DNA of 64,000 nucleotides from an uncultured delta proteobacterium (GTDB taxonomy: Bacteria; Desulfobacterota; Binatia; UBA9968). The translations under genes and the position numbers were made by a program. This document shows, piece after piece, positions 41,860 to 51,238 of this stretch (positions are counted from its first letter, which is position 1; every line of letters starts with the position of its first letter). The stretch is taken from contig CAVWLW010000073.1 in NCBI GenBank assembly GCA_963755715.1, positions 32,001 to 96,000 of the forward strand, written 5' to 3'. A model generated the notes under the pieces. The model did no database searches. It had not been told where the DNA came from and worked only from the letters and a program-made list of their open reading frames with translations.

Positions 41860-42849
41860 TTATTTTAAACCCAAGCATTGCGTCTTCGCCGGCCCTGCGT
41901 TCGCGTTTTCTTGATCGATGAGAAAAAGTTCGTTGGCCCGGGCGAAGCTCATGAGATAGCGTCCCATCACAAGCATCTGGGTGTTGTATTCCATCAGGCA
42001 TCTTCGCTTGTTCGCTAATTCCTGATCCGATAGGGCCAATGAGATCCATTCTGATCCCTCATCGGGAAAGCCCTCGGGAGGATTTAGCCGGGCTCCCATG
42101 CCTGCCCCACTGCCAACCGGCCACTGGCGAAAGTGAACTAAGAAATTGAGGACCTTGGGATCAAACGTCGGATAGTTCTTCCTATATGTCTTTAGGGACT
42201 TGCTAACAAAAAAGTAGGTTGAACAATGATCAGGGTGTTGATCTCTTGAATCAGCGACCGCAATAAGCGACGGATGAAAGTCCAGGAGCAATTTTTCTAT
42301 TTCTCGCTTCACGTCCTCGCCGTTAAATTCTATATTCGGCAGCAACGTATCGTCGACCTGAGGCCGATCGTCTAGCGTAAAAGGAGAGCGAAAATAGGGG
42401 CGCCTGTCAATCCAATGCTTCTGCAGGAGATTGCGTAGCCCACCATCCGGAAAGTTCAAAAAAACTACATCCTCCTTCTTCATTCCCAGAGCGCGAAGCG
42501 CTTGACGCGCTTCCTTTTTGCGCAGCTTTCCATAGTTGCGATAATCCTGTGCAGTGGGGCGAGCTATCCGGGTTTCCTTTTCGACCCCTTCGGGAAAACC
42601 GTCGCCGCTGGTCATGAACACAACTTTCACCGATCCCCCGAGGCTGAGCACCCGCTGAATAAGACCTGCGGCTGCCAGACTCTCATCGTCTGGATGCGGG
42701 GAAAAAACCATGAGTCGGGTGTTCTTAGATAGAAATGGCTCAAGACGCTGCGGTGCGTCTGCTCCGTGTGCGTAAGGAGTTGGCAACAGCGCACAAACAA
42801 GGAAACATAGCAGATATCCTCGCCATGGACTCGACCATTGATTTCTCAT
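41860..42849 (-). CDS. PIG-L/LmbE family deacetylase (exported)
   Basis: SPHPDDESL, TSGDG, FPDGGL, DQHPDH motifs; signal peptide. Confidence 0.92.
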   Translation of the reverse strand: MRNQWSSPWRGYLLCFLVCALLPTPYAHGADAPQRLEPFLSKNTRLMVFSPHPDDESLAAAGLIQRVLSLGGSVKVVFMTSGDGFPEGVEKETRIARPTAQDYRNYGKLRKKEARQALRALGMKKEDVVFLNFPDGGLRNLLQKHWIDRRPYFRSPFTLDDRPQVDDTLLPNIEFNGEDVKREIEKLLLDFHPSLIAVADSRDQHPDHCSTYFFVSKSLKTYRKNYPTFDPKVLNFLVHFRQWPVGSGAGMGARLNPPEGFPDEGSEWISLALSDQELANKRRCLMEYNTQMLVMGRYLMSFARANELFLIDQENANAGPAKTQCLGLK

Positions 42850-43237
42850 TTGTTGATTTCGCCTCTCGATCCAATAAGTCTTAAAATGTCGATCTCCTGA
42901 ATAGTAGCTCCGTATATCATAATCGGCGAACCGACCAGAAATAGCGATGAATGGCTCGTTCGAGCCTCATTATGAAAGATTTTGATGCGCTCTGAACAGG
43001 CGAGCGTCAAGCTCATGCCGCTAGCGAGTTGGATCACCGGGCTCGGGTAACGTACCAGAATTTAAAATGGTGGATTTAACAACTGGGCTCAATCGCCTGC
43101 GGCTGTATGCATAATCATAATAAAGTTGCGCGCAGAGTCAATTCGGAAAGCATGATAAAAGATCCAACCGGCATACCGTTCCGAAGGAATTCAGTACCGC
43201 ACTGAAGATCGTAAGAATCGTAATATTTCGATAACGA

Positions 43238-45172
43238 TTATCCAGCCATCGCGGCGACTGCGTTTTGCCCAGGAACGCCAAGCCCACGTCGAGCCAACTC
43301 AGGCACAGCCGTCACTTCCACGATGGAGGCGGGCCCGTTGCCATTGGTCCGCACCAGAAGCTGGCGAGAATGAAAGGGACGCAGTGTCGCGCGATGGCCC
43401 ACACTGAATACCGTCGTTCCCGCGAGCCGTTCGCGCACCAGTCGATAAAGCCGTGCCTCCGTTGCCTCGTCAACCGCCGAGGTCGCCTCGTCGAGAAAGA
43501 GCCAATCGGGTTTCTGGACCAGCGCTCGAGCGAAGGCGATGCGCTGCTGCTCGCCCGGGGAGAGTTGGAGCGCCCAATGGCCAACCTCGTCGAGTCGAAC
43601 GACTAAGTCACGGAGTCCCACGGCCTCCAAAGCCTCGCGCACTGTCACGTCATCCACCCCACCCGCCGGCATCGGATAACTCACCACTTGCCGAAGTGTG
43701 TCAATCGGCAGGTAGGGCTTCTGCGGCAGAAAGAGGACTTGGGCGCCGCTGGGTCCGCGGATCTCGCCATGCCCAAACGGCCAGATGCCGGCGACCGCGC
43801 GGAACAGCGTACTCTTTCCCGAACCGGAAGCTCCTCCGAGGAGAACTGTGTCTCCACGCAAGATCGAGAGATTCACATCCGCGATAAGCGGCTGACCATC
43901 GGGTAGATAGAGATCCACACCCTCAACTGTCAGATGCATGGCGTCTCCGTCGACGCGCCGGACGCCATCGCCAGTCGCCGCCTGGATGCGCACGCGGTCA
44001 AGCGCCTGCTCGAAACCGGAGAGCCGCTCAACCACCGCGCACCATTCAGCGATCACCTTATACGAGTCGATAAAAAAGCTAAGCGAAGCCTGTACCGCAC
44101 TGAAAGCGCCGATGGTTTGTATGAGCCCACCCAGAGTAAGATCGCCGCTGAAGTAGCGCGGCGCCGCGACAAGCGATGGGAAAATCCAAGCCGCTTGTTG
44201 GTAACCCGAAGTGAAGTAGGTCAGCCGCTTCTGACGGCGCATGATGTCCCACCAGTTCATCACCACCGCCTCGAACCGTTCCCGAAAACCACGGAGCTCG
44301 TCCGCCTCGCCCCGGTAGAGCGCCACTCCCTCGGTGTTCTCCCGGAAGCGTACCAGGCCGAACCGGAAGTCGGCTTCACAACGCTGCTTGTCGTAGTTTA
44401 GCCGGACGAGCGGACGGCCAATCCAGTGAGTGAGCCAAGTGCCGGCGATCGCGTACAAGATCGCCGCCCATACCATGTAGCCGGGCAGCATAATGGAGAA
44501 CCACCCGCGAAGCGGAACGGTGAGCGTTCCGGACAGCGCCCAGAGGATCGCCACAAAGGCAACCAAAGTTACCAGCGCGCGCAGGCCTCCGATGACAAGC
44601 GTGAGGGTATGAGAAATGAGCAGGTGAACGTCTTCAGCGATGCGCTGGTCGGGATTGTCCGTTTCATGCGCCACGAGTTGCATCCGATAGTAAGCGCCAT
44701 CGGCCAGCCAAGCGCGAAGATAGCGCTCGGTAAGCCAGCGCCGCCAGCGGATCTCGAGCATCTGGCTCAGATAAAGCTGGTAGACAGCGAAAAAGATGAT
44801 AAGGACTATAAGCCAGGACAGACCGATCAGCTGTTGGAAGAACAGCGCATGGTTCTTATCCTGCAGGGCCGTGTAGAAGGCGTTGTTCCACCGGTTAATG
44901 AGAACACTCATGTGGACCATCGCGAGAGTGAGTGCGACCACGACGACGACCAGCCCCCAAGCCGCCCAGCGGTCCTCAGAGGACCAGTAGGGTCGAATCA
45001 TGTCCCATGCAGTCGGGAGCAATTGCCGCAGGCGAGTTGTGGTTGAATCTTCGGTTGGGCTGGGACTGGCGATTTCGCCATCGGTCGAACTTTGAACGCT
45101 GCCTGCAGGCTTCTGCTGATCGCCAACGGCAGAATTTTTTTGCTGCTTTCCGTTATCCAGCTGCCTGCGCAC
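43238..45172 (-). CDS. SbmA/BacA-like ABC transporter permease-ATPase (YddA/BclA family); start uncertain
   Basis: WNNAFYTALQ, DNPDQRIAED, EADFRFGLVR, GASGSGKST, LSPGEQQR, LDEATS motifs. Confidence 0.9.
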   Translation of the reverse strand: MRRQLDNGKQQKNSAVGDQQKPAGSVQSSTDGEIASPSPTEDSTTTRLRQLLPTAWDMIRPYWSSEDRWAAWGLVVVVVALTLAMVHMSVLINRWNNAFYTALQDKNHALFFQQLIGLSWLIVLIIFFAVYQLYLSQMLEIRWRRWLTERYLRAWLADGAYYRMQLVAHETDNPDQRIAEDVHLLISHTLTLVIGGLRALVTLVAFVAILWALSGTLTVPLRGWFSIMLPGYMVWAAILYAIAGTWLTHWIGRPLVRLNYDKQRCEADFRFGLVRFRENTEGVALYRGEADELRGFRERFEAVVMNWWDIMRRQKRLTYFTSGYQQAAWIFPSLVAAPRYFSGDLTLGGLIQTIGAFSAVQASLSFFIDSYKVIAEWCAVVERLSGFEQALDRVRIQAATGDGVRRVDGDAMHLTVEGVDLYLPDGQPLIADVNLSILRGDTVLLGGASGSGKSTLFRAVAGIWPFGHGEIRGPSGAQVLFLPQKPYLPIDTLRQVVSYPMPAGGVDDVTVREALEAVGLRDLVVRLDEVGHWALQLSPGEQQRIAFARALVQKPDWLFLDEATSAVDEATEARLYRLVRERLAGTTVFSVGHRATLRPFHSRQLLVRTNGNGPASIVEVTAVPELARRGLGVPGQNAVAAMAG

Positions 45173-46263
45173 TAGTCACCTCCGCAGATTCCTTGTGTAG
45201 TCACTTTTCCGTTCGGCGATTCGCCGATTTCTCGTAACAAGACCGCCAAAGTAGCTGCTCGTGCCTGTCTGTTGGAGACGACTGAGCCCGCTGTGATACA
45301 CACGGCATCCCACAGAGGATTCGCGCTACTATCTACGGTTTTCCGCCAATCAAGTCTTTCGAGGAGCTTAAGTTTTCTTTGCCAATCGTAAGGATATTTT
45401 TCGAGCAACGTTCTTCCGACGCCTCCGAGAGCACGCAAAACGACCGCATGAGTATTGATTTTCTCTTGACGGAGTTCGGAAGCGCTAAGTTCTCCACTTT
45501 TGACTTTCTGCCAGTCACCAATGATCTTTGAAAGCTCTGTCCAGTATTCGACAGCCCTCTTGAGAATTTCTGCGTAGACCGGTGATCCCTGTTCAGCGAT
45601 TTTTTTACCCAGCAATTCTTCATTCGCTTCGTATAAGGCGGAAATGGTAAAAAGCTTAGGAGACCTCCGCGGAATCGTTACCTTCTCTTTCTCCACCATG
45701 TCCCGGAATACGTCGACCTGCTCGGCCAGCTCCATTGTGAGCGCGGAAAGGTTATCTCGACGATCATAGAGCATCCCTAGCGATTTTGACGTCTGCTGCA
45801 CGAATCGATTTAAATCTGAGAACATCTGCTGAAGCCGTTCCATACTTTCCGTCTCAAAGAGAAGCACCGAGATTTTTTCCTTCCCAAGCGCAGGATTCTC
45901 CTTGAGTGCCGCAGCAATCGCCGCGCACCGATGCTGGCCATCGTTGATAATGAACTCCACGTTTTCGAGCTCCATCTCTAAAGTTCCAACTTCGGCGTTC
46001 TCAGCTGAAGAGACGAACTTTACCGGACACGAATAGGACGCAGTGATGGACGAAAACAGGTATCCGTCCCCATTTTCGAGGATGTACCTCGTGATGTCTG
46101 GAACTCTCGCCTTGTTCAGAACTCGTTGCGCCCGCAGCTCCGGCGTGCACTGTTCCCAATCATCGAATTTGAATAAATGAGGAATCTCTGAAAGCGGGAC
46201 CAGCAGCGAATAATACTGACGCCCGCCCATGTTTCCCCTTATTACAGGAAAAGAAAGTTTCAT
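45172..46263 (-). CDS. dndB: DNA sulfur-modification regulator DndB (DGQHR domain), orphan
   Basis: RAQRVLNKARVP, YLFSSITAS, INDGQHRCAAI, QQMFSDLNR motifs over 363 aa. Confidence 0.85.
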   Translation of the reverse strand: MKLSFPVIRGNMGGRQYYSLLVPLSEIPHLFKFDDWEQCTPELRAQRVLNKARVPDITRYILENGDGYLFSSITASYSCPVKFVSSAENAEVGTLEMELENVEFIINDGQHRCAAIAAALKENPALGKEKISVLLFETESMERLQQMFSDLNRFVQQTSKSLGMLYDRRDNLSALTMELAEQVDVFRDMVEKEKVTIPRRSPKLFTISALYEANEELLGKKIAEQGSPVYAEILKRAVEYWTELSKIIGDWQKVKSGELSASELRQEKINTHAVVLRALGGVGRTLLEKYPYDWQRKLKLLERLDWRKTVDSSANPLWDAVCITAGSVVSNRQARAATLAVLLREIGESPNGKVTTQGICGGD

Positions 46264-46287
46264 TTGGTAACCACCATTGTTGCAATC

Positions 46288-46410
46288 ATCCCAGCTGTCG
46301 ATCGTTTAAGCATGAGCTGATTTCTAACAGTCGACCAGCTGTTTGTCAATAACCTATGAGCTGTAATATTAATTTATAAGAGCTGATGTATGGAAATCAG
46401 TACAGCTGTA
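46288..46410. repeat. Six AGCTG cores at 22-23 bp period overlapping the dndB promoter
   Basis: AGCTG starts at 46293, 46315, 46337, 46359, 46381 and 46404, with unrelated AT-rich spacers. Confidence 0.85.
46321..46349 (-). promoter_or_regulatory. Putative sigma-70 promoter of dndB
   Basis: Minus-strand TTGACA (46349-46344), 17 nt spacer, TAGAAA (46326-46321). Confidence 0.55.
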
Positions 46411-46485
46411 TTGAGTATGAAATTCAAACGACATGAATTCTTAAGATATTGATTTATAATACATTTTATCTAAACGCCGCGAACA

Positions 46486-46712
46486 TGCCGCCACGCCACG
46501 AAAAATCCTACCGATCAGCACGACCAATCTCCAAGACATTTTCAACGCCCGTGGGCCGCCTGGCTGCGCCCGCACCACCCGATCGCAAAAATCGGTTATT
46601 CGATTTTTATCTACGACTTGAGCGGGAACTCGGAGGGATTGATGGAATTGGAGCAGACCTGTGCTGTGTCGCAGGACTGTCACCGAGAGATGAAGTCTCA
46701 CAGTCGCGCTAG
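46486..46712 (+). pseudogene. 3' fragment of a paralog of the GT39 gene at 39220-40900
   Basis: Translates, with one frameshift, as PRKILPISTTNLQD...WLRPHHPIAKIGYSIFIYDLSGNSEGLMELE, against PRKILAISAYNLQD...WLWTRRPIAKIGYSIFVYDLTNDQEGIIKLE at about 40705-40875. Confidence 0.8.
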
Positions 46713-47599
46713 AACCAATCTCCTAGCTGCCAGGAATAACCCGCCTCGTTCATGAGCTTTCGGGTACTCTGCCACACTTTGTATTTCTCATACATCGACA
46801 GGTCCGACTTCCAGACCTCGGGTCGGGCTTTGCCGATAAAACCGCGAGGCAGCTTTGCCACTGGTCCCGTGCGTGCCCTGACCTCGCCATACACCGGAAT
46901 CGGGGTGCCGCCGGTTTCCATCACGTCGGCTTTGTTGCTGTCGATTGCGAGGTTTATGGCGTCGTCGCTCCAGGAGATACCGAGGAATTTCGCCAAGCCC
47001 TTTAGAGTATCGAGGGGAGAATTCCAAAGGTCCTCATAGCGGATCTCGTGGAATTCCTCCGACGATAGCTTTTTTGCTGCGGCCTTGACTGCTTCGACGT
47101 GCTGGACCCACATGGCCGCGGCCACTTTCGCGCTGCCGGGCGCCCAACTCATGCCCCAACTCCGGGAAGCGGTCATGAGCGAAGCGACCACGTCTCGACA
47201 ATCGCGCATCAAATGAATGAATCGGCTGTCGGGCAGCAGATCCTTGATCTCGGGAATGTACAAAGCATGCGACGGGGTCTTCTCCAGAAACAATTCTTCT
47301 GGTTCCAAACCATCAACGATGGGTTTGAGTAAAGCCGCTAGATAGTTTTTTAAAATGGCCCGAAATTCTTCCTCGCGAAAATAGGCCTGCGGACCCGCTG
47401 CATGACCCAGTCCACCGTTGAGGTGCCGCGTCTTCTGATCGTTCCACGACCGGAGCTGCGGCCCGACATATAAGCTGAAAAAGTGTGATTCTTCCCCGGA
47501 ACGAATCCTTGGATGGCTCGCCAAAAGTTTCTGGAGCCAGGTGGTGCCGCTGCGCGGGCAGCCGACGAGAAACACCATATTCTTGCCTCTGTACTCCAT
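46709..47599 (-). CDS. PAPS-dependent sulfotransferase
   Basis: GCPRSGTTWL (5'-PSB), EKTP, RDCRDVVAS (3'-PB), IRYEDL motifs. Confidence 0.93.
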   Translation of the reverse strand: MEYRGKNMVFLVGCPRSGTTWLQKLLASHPRIRSGEESHFFSLYVGPQLRSWNDQKTRHLNGGLGHAAGPQAYFREEEFRAILKNYLAALLKPIVDGLEPEELFLEKTPSHALYIPEIKDLLPDSRFIHLMRDCRDVVASLMTASRSWGMSWAPGSAKVAAAMWVQHVEAVKAAAKKLSSEEFHEIRYEDLWNSPLDTLKGLAKFLGISWSDDAINLAIDSNKADVMETGGTPIPVYGEVRARTGPVAKLPRGFIGKARPEVWKSDLSMYEKYKVWQSTRKLMNEAGYSWQLGDWF

Positions 47600-47638
47600 C
47601 GCTACTAGATCAAAGTCAAATGCGCCATCGACGTAAAT

Positions 47639-48496
47639 CTATCGCGCCGGCCTTTCGGCCGGCGCATAAAGAAACCCGGGATATCTTTCCTGTACTCCAC
47701 CGGTTTTTTGCGCGAGGGCAAAAATAGTGTCGCCGCGTTCCCTGGCTTTTAAAAAGCCGAGACTCATAAGGCTCCCGATTTTGAGCAGAGCTCTCATCTG
47801 AAGCGTCAATAGACGTCCGAATTGTTGATCCTGATAAACATCGACCGTCTTAAACTCACTGTTGGTGAAGCCGCAAAGCTTGAGCAGCTCTCTCACTTCC
47901 CAAGGGACATATTCATGGTTGTGACGATCGGTACTGGGACGGCGTTGGTAAACTGGATAGATATTCGGATTGCCGCCGCGCAGAATCCTAAGGACGGACC
48001 GAACCGAAGCGCAATTTGGGGTCGACAATAGAAGATAGCCCTCCGGCTTGGTAATCCGATTAATCTCGGACATCGTCTGCAACGGATCTCGGCTAAGATG
48101 CTCTAAGACTTCCGTAAAAATTACGACATCGAATGATCCATCTTGATACGGAAATGGTCCCTCGATGTCGAAACGATCAACGTGAAAAGAATACCTCTCT
48201 CCATTCCTGGCATTTTGGAGGAAGTTATCCTCGCTTGCGGGTTTCCGCTCCTGAAATGGCTCCGTTAAAGTAATATTTGTCGCCCCAAGAATATCCCTAA
48301 GAGCGGGTACTAGGCTTCCGTAAGACCCCACATCGACGATATGCATCCCCGGCTGGATTATAGCCTGAAGCAAAGATACCGTCTCAGCAAAACGATTCAT
48401 GTGAACTTTCAGGTAATCGTTCACATAGGCCATCGAATTATACTCTGGCGCCAGCAATGCGGTTTCGACGGCTCGTCGAAGCTCAAAAAAGTTCAT
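47639..48496 (-). CDS. Class I SAM-dependent methyltransferase
   Basis: VDVGSYG, FDVVIFTEVLEHL, LSTPN, HNHEY motifs. Confidence 0.87.
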   Translation of the reverse strand: MNFFELRRAVETALLAPEYNSMAYVNDYLKVHMNRFAETVSLLQAIIQPGMHIVDVGSYGSLVPALRDILGATNITLTEPFQERKPASEDNFLQNARNGERYSFHVDRFDIEGPFPYQDGSFDVVIFTEVLEHLSRDPLQTMSEINRITKPEGYLLLSTPNCASVRSVLRILRGGNPNIYPVYQRRPSTDRHNHEYVPWEVRELLKLCGFTNSEFKTVDVYQDQQFGRLLTLQMRALLKIGSLMSLGFLKARERGDTIFALAQKTGGVQERYPGFLYAPAERPAR

Positions 48497-48806
48497 TGAA
48501 TTGGACGCTGGTGGAGATTATGAACAATCGACCGGATTTAGCAGTGTCCGATCATTTTTGAAAAAAGTTGTCTTGCCGTCTATTGAATAAATTCAAGGAT
48601 TCGGTCGATTGTGCTATATCAATCAGCATTTCAATTTATGCAAATATAGCATAACCGCGTAGATAGAGACATGACCTTCCAGGAGAGATACCAAAACTTG
48701 TTAAGATCTAAACATCGCTCATCCGCTTTAAACTCGTTGGGAGTTGTCGTGCTACCAACAATGCAGAACTGCGGAGACTTCGATATTAAACTTAGAAAGC
48801 ACCCCT

Positions 48807-50072
48807 ATGTCCGCCTGGCTGCATCTACCTGACGCTCAATCTAGCCGGCAGATCGCCATTATCTGCGATACGGTCCCATATCCAACGCGGTCTGGGGATA
48901 ATCAGCGCATCGCCGAACTCATTAGCGTTTTAAGGGAACAAGGATGGTACGTGCATCTTGTGCTTTGCGGCCTGATCGAGCGCAGATTTAGAAAAACTTG
49001 TCGCTCGCACGTGGATGCCTTGCACATATACAGTGGCAGGGGACTGAAAACTCATGTTCGAAATGTCGTGCGCCGCACCGTCCGGTTGCTTGATCGGGCC
49101 GGGAAAATCGTCAGCATACCGCCAATAGAAACAATTGCTAATCGACTGCTCGGTCGTTCTATTTCGCCGTTCATTATTAACTATTGGCAACGTTATCCAA
49201 AAGGGCTAAGCGATTTTGTCGCGGAACTAAAGGAGCGTTTCCCATGGAAGGCCGTGATTGTTGAATATATTTGGCTATACCAATCAACAGACAAACTGAA
49301 GAATAGCATCTTTCGATTGCTTGACACACACGACATCCAACACAAACGAGTTGAGGAATTCGCTTCCCGAGGCATGGTGTTTCCTTTACAGATTACCCGA
49401 GACGAAGAACGCCGAATCTTCAACCAGTTCGACGCCGTAATCGCCATTCAAGCTGTAGAAGCGGAAGTAATAAGAGAGATGTGTCCGCAATTAAGAGTGC
49501 TGACTGTAGGTTCGTCGGGATCTTTCCCGACTGTTGAATCGATCAGCCCGGTGGACGGGCGCATACTCTACGTAGGCGGTTATAACGGCGCCAACATCGA
49601 CGGACTGCGTCGCTTCTTTGACTTTGTGTGGCCAAAGATTCTCCGACAAATTCCACATGCAAAACTGCACGTCTGCGGTCATATTTATCGAGCATTTGCC
49701 GGGCAGCGATTCGAAAATGTGAAGTTTCTCGGACACAAAGAACGCCTTGAAGAAGAATATGGCCAGGCTGCCGTAGTCATAAATCCTGCATGGATTGGCA
49801 CCGGCTTAAAGATCAAAACTGTTGAGGCACTGGCACGTGGCAAGGCGCTGGTTACGACGCCGAAGGGAATCGAAGGGCTACCCGACGATGTCGAGCAAAG
49901 TAGTCGCGTGACCGATGACGATGACAAATTTGCCACCGAGGTCATCCGGCTGCTCACCGATCATGGTTGGCGAGAACGTCTATGCGCCTCCGCGGCCACA
50001 TTCGCTATTAACCGCTTGAACAAGCCCGCCGTTTATCGAGAACTTTTCGACTACCTTGACGAACACAAATGA
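48807..50072 (+). CDS. Glycosyltransferase family 4
   Basis: PYPTRSG, LLDTHD, GTGLKIKTVEALARGKALVTT motifs. Confidence 0.87.
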   Translation: MSAWLHLPDAQSSRQIAIICDTVPYPTRSGDNQRIAELISVLREQGWYVHLVLCGLIERRFRKTCRSHVDALHIYSGRGLKTHVRNVVRRTVRLLDRAGKIVSIPPIETIANRLLGRSISPFIINYWQRYPKGLSDFVAELKERFPWKAVIVEYIWLYQSTDKLKNSIFRLLDTHDIQHKRVEEFASRGMVFPLQITRDEERRIFNQFDAVIAIQAVEAEVIREMCPQLRVLTVGSSGSFPTVESISPVDGRILYVGGYNGANIDGLRRFFDFVWPKILRQIPHAKLHVCGHIYRAFAGQRFENVKFLGHKERLEEEYGQAAVVINPAWIGTGLKIKTVEALARGKALVTTPKGIEGLPDDVEQSSRVTDDDDKFATEVIRLLTDHGWRERLCASAATFAINRLNKPAVYRELFDYLDEHK

Positions 50073-51238
50073 AAATCTTGGTTTTGAGCAAACGTCAGTA
50101 CATGGGAAAAGATCTTCTCGAGGACCGCTTCGGCCGGTTTTGGGAACTGCCTTTGGAATTAGCTCAGCTTGGGCACGATGTGCAGGGGCTTGCTCTCAGC
50201 TATCGGCAGCGACCCGGGGGGACGTTCCTCGATGGCGACGGCTCATCCGGCAGCGGTGTGACATGGAATTCGGTCAATTTGTTAAACGGATATCTCCCGC
50301 AAATCGAGCGATATACGAGATGGGCACTGCAAATATCTCGGGAATTTCGTCCAGATATTATCTGGGCCTGTTCAGATGTCTATCATGCCATCTTCGGGGG
50401 TTGGCTCGCCAAACGTGTCGCATCGCGATGCGTGATCGATCTTTACGATAACTTTGAAGCGTTCAAAGCCAGTCAAATTCCCGGTGTTTTGCCGCTTTTC
50501 CGGCGCGCCGTAAAAGCGGCCGACGGCGTTAGTGCTTTCAGTCAACGATTAGCGGATCACGTCTTGCGGAGCTACCTGCGGTCGAAACCGATATCGGTTA
50601 TCGAAAGCGGTGTTCGGCCCGATCTATTTTATCCACGAGATCAAACCGAATGCCGCCAGCATCTGGGCCTACCACAACACGCCAGGATTATTGGCACAGC
50701 CGGGGCACTGGAACACAGTCGCGGTATCGAAACTCTCTTTGAGGTTTTCGAGCAGCTCTCCGGCCAAGTCGACAATCTTCATCTGGCGCTGGCCGGTCCA
50801 CGCGAACACGGGTTAGCAATTCCCACCGGGTCGCGAGTTCACGACTTCAAAGAACTACCGCACACGGAGGTGCCGGTTTTTTACAATTCATTGGATGTGG
50901 CAGTGGTCTGTTACCGCCACTCAGCACAAGGCGAATACAGTTTTCCTCAAAAAGCCTATGAGATCATCGCTTGTCGCGTGCCGCTAGTTGCCGCCGCGGT
51001 GGGTTCGATGAATGAATTGCTACGAAATTATCCCGACATGCTTGTACGAGCCGGAAGATTCGGTCCATTTAGCGAACACACTCAAGCACCAATTGCGCAC
51101 AAAAAGAATAGTCGAGACGAAGGCGTTCCCTCATGGGCGGATTCAGCAAAACAACTGAGCGATTTTTTTCTGCGGATCGTCGGATGGCGACTCCCTATCC
51201 GCCATGACGCAAAATTCAATAATCAGACGGCACGCTAA
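50069..51238 (+). CDS. Glycosyltransferase family 4
   Basis: MKILVL, GHDV, DLYDNFE, SFPQKAYE motifs; ATGA overlap with the previous gene. Confidence 0.85.
   Translation: MKILVLSKRQYMGKDLLEDRFGRFWELPLELAQLGHDVQGLALSYRQRPGGTFLDGDGSSGSGVTWNSVNLLNGYLPQIERYTRWALQISREFRPDIIWACSDVYHAIFGGWLAKRVASRCVIDLYDNFEAFKASQIPGVLPLFRRAVKAADGVSAFSQRLADHVLRSYLRSKPISVIESGVRPDLFYPRDQTECRQHLGLPQHARIIGTAGALEHSRGIETLFEVFEQLSGQVDNLHLALAGPREHGLAIPTGSRVHDFKELPHTEVPVFYNSLDVAVVCYRHSAQGEYSFPQKAYEIIACRVPLVAAAVGSMNELLRNYPDMLVRAGRFGPFSEHTQAPIAHKKNSRDEGVPSWADSAKQLSDFFLRIVGWRLPIRHDAKFNNQTAR

Noticed and set aside
46288-46410. CRISPR array
   Set aside because: The conserved unit is only 5-6 bp with a 22-bp period and there are no cas genes; kept as a phased motif array instead.
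48612-48651. Inverted repeat TGCTATAT...ATATAGCA between divergent genes
   Set aside because: An 8-bp repeat in AT-rich DNA could arise by chance; no supporting second copy seen.
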